Made by a program: the position numbers and the translations under genes. A DNA stretch of 8,507 bases from Selaginella moellendorffii (taxonomy: Eukaryota; Plantae; Lycopodiophyta): NCBI RefSeq assembly GCF_000143415.4, contig NW_003314277.1:990081-998587 (forward strand). The letters are read 5' to 3'. This document shows positions 8,391 through 8,507 of this stretch, one piece after another. Below the pieces are notes generated by a model. The model saw only the letters and a list, made by a program, of their open reading frames with translations. It was not told the origin of the DNA and did not search any database. Numbering within the stretch: the stretch's first letter is position 1; each line of letters opens with the position of its first letter.

Positions 8391-8403
8391 AAGGGGGGGA
8401 GAA
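8391..8403 (+). promoter_or_regulatory. Polypurine tract (plus-strand primer) of an LTR retroelement
   Basis: 13 consecutive purines AAGGGGGGGAGAA directly followed by TGT. The upstream context CGAGGA..GATTTTCTCTAAGGGGGGG resembles gypsy chromovirus (Tekay/Del-type) PPT contexts. Confidence 0.85.
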
Positions 8404-8507
8404 TGTCGCAAATGTGATTTTGGCTATCGAAAGTTACCTGTCGGCTAGTCCTTACGGACATTCTTTCCTTACTACCACGATAGCAAGAGGTCGATATTGC
8501 TAGTCCC
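8404..8507 (+). repeat. Start of a 3' LTR (runs off the window)
   Basis: TG dinucleotide (TGTCGCAAATG) abutting the PPT. The partner LTR was not confidently identified in the window. Confidence 0.72.

Larger units (their letters stand above)
5745..8507 (+). mobile_element. 3' internal region of an LTR retroelement (non-coding, G/T-skewed) ending in a PPT and the start of the 3' LTR
   Basis: No ORF of 60 aa or more between ~5810 and the end, and no integrase or chromodomain motif recognised. Ends in AAGGGGGGGAGAA|TGT at 8391-8406. Confidence 0.7.

Noticed and set aside
1-8507. CRISPR array, prokaryotic operon or defence system
   Set aside because: No regularly spaced repeats or intact gene-dense coding. 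Spliceosomal introns and gypsy remnants indicate eukaryotic repeat DNA.

Overview
AT-rich eukaryotic (most likely land-plant) repeat DNA with no intact gene, read as a nest of decayed mobile elements. (1) 1-~891: + strand Ty3/gypsy pol remnant (protease-RT linker plus the N-terminal part of RT), cut off before the MPFGL/YxDD core. (2) ~892-1480: AT-rich spacer with short direct repeats. (3) ~1560-4001: a + strand, intron-containing DDE transposase pseudogene that the ORF track misses. It is Mutator/IS256-like with a Cys/His-rich N-terminal domain resembling WRKY-GCM1, and all three inferred catalytic residues are mutated. (4) 4002-8507: LTR-retroelement-like, apparently non-coding, strongly G/T-skewed DNA, broken by a 100-N gap at 5645-5744. 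It contains a ~345-bp tandem duplication, a polypurine tract at 8391-8403 followed by a TG LTR start, and two dense clusters of + strand RNA-like stem-loops (4872-5271 and 7902-8370) with many G-U pairs and UUCG/GNRA tetraloops. The structured non-coding domains and the spliced transposase are the most interesting signals. All translations and base-pairings were done by eye; no database search or folding program was run.
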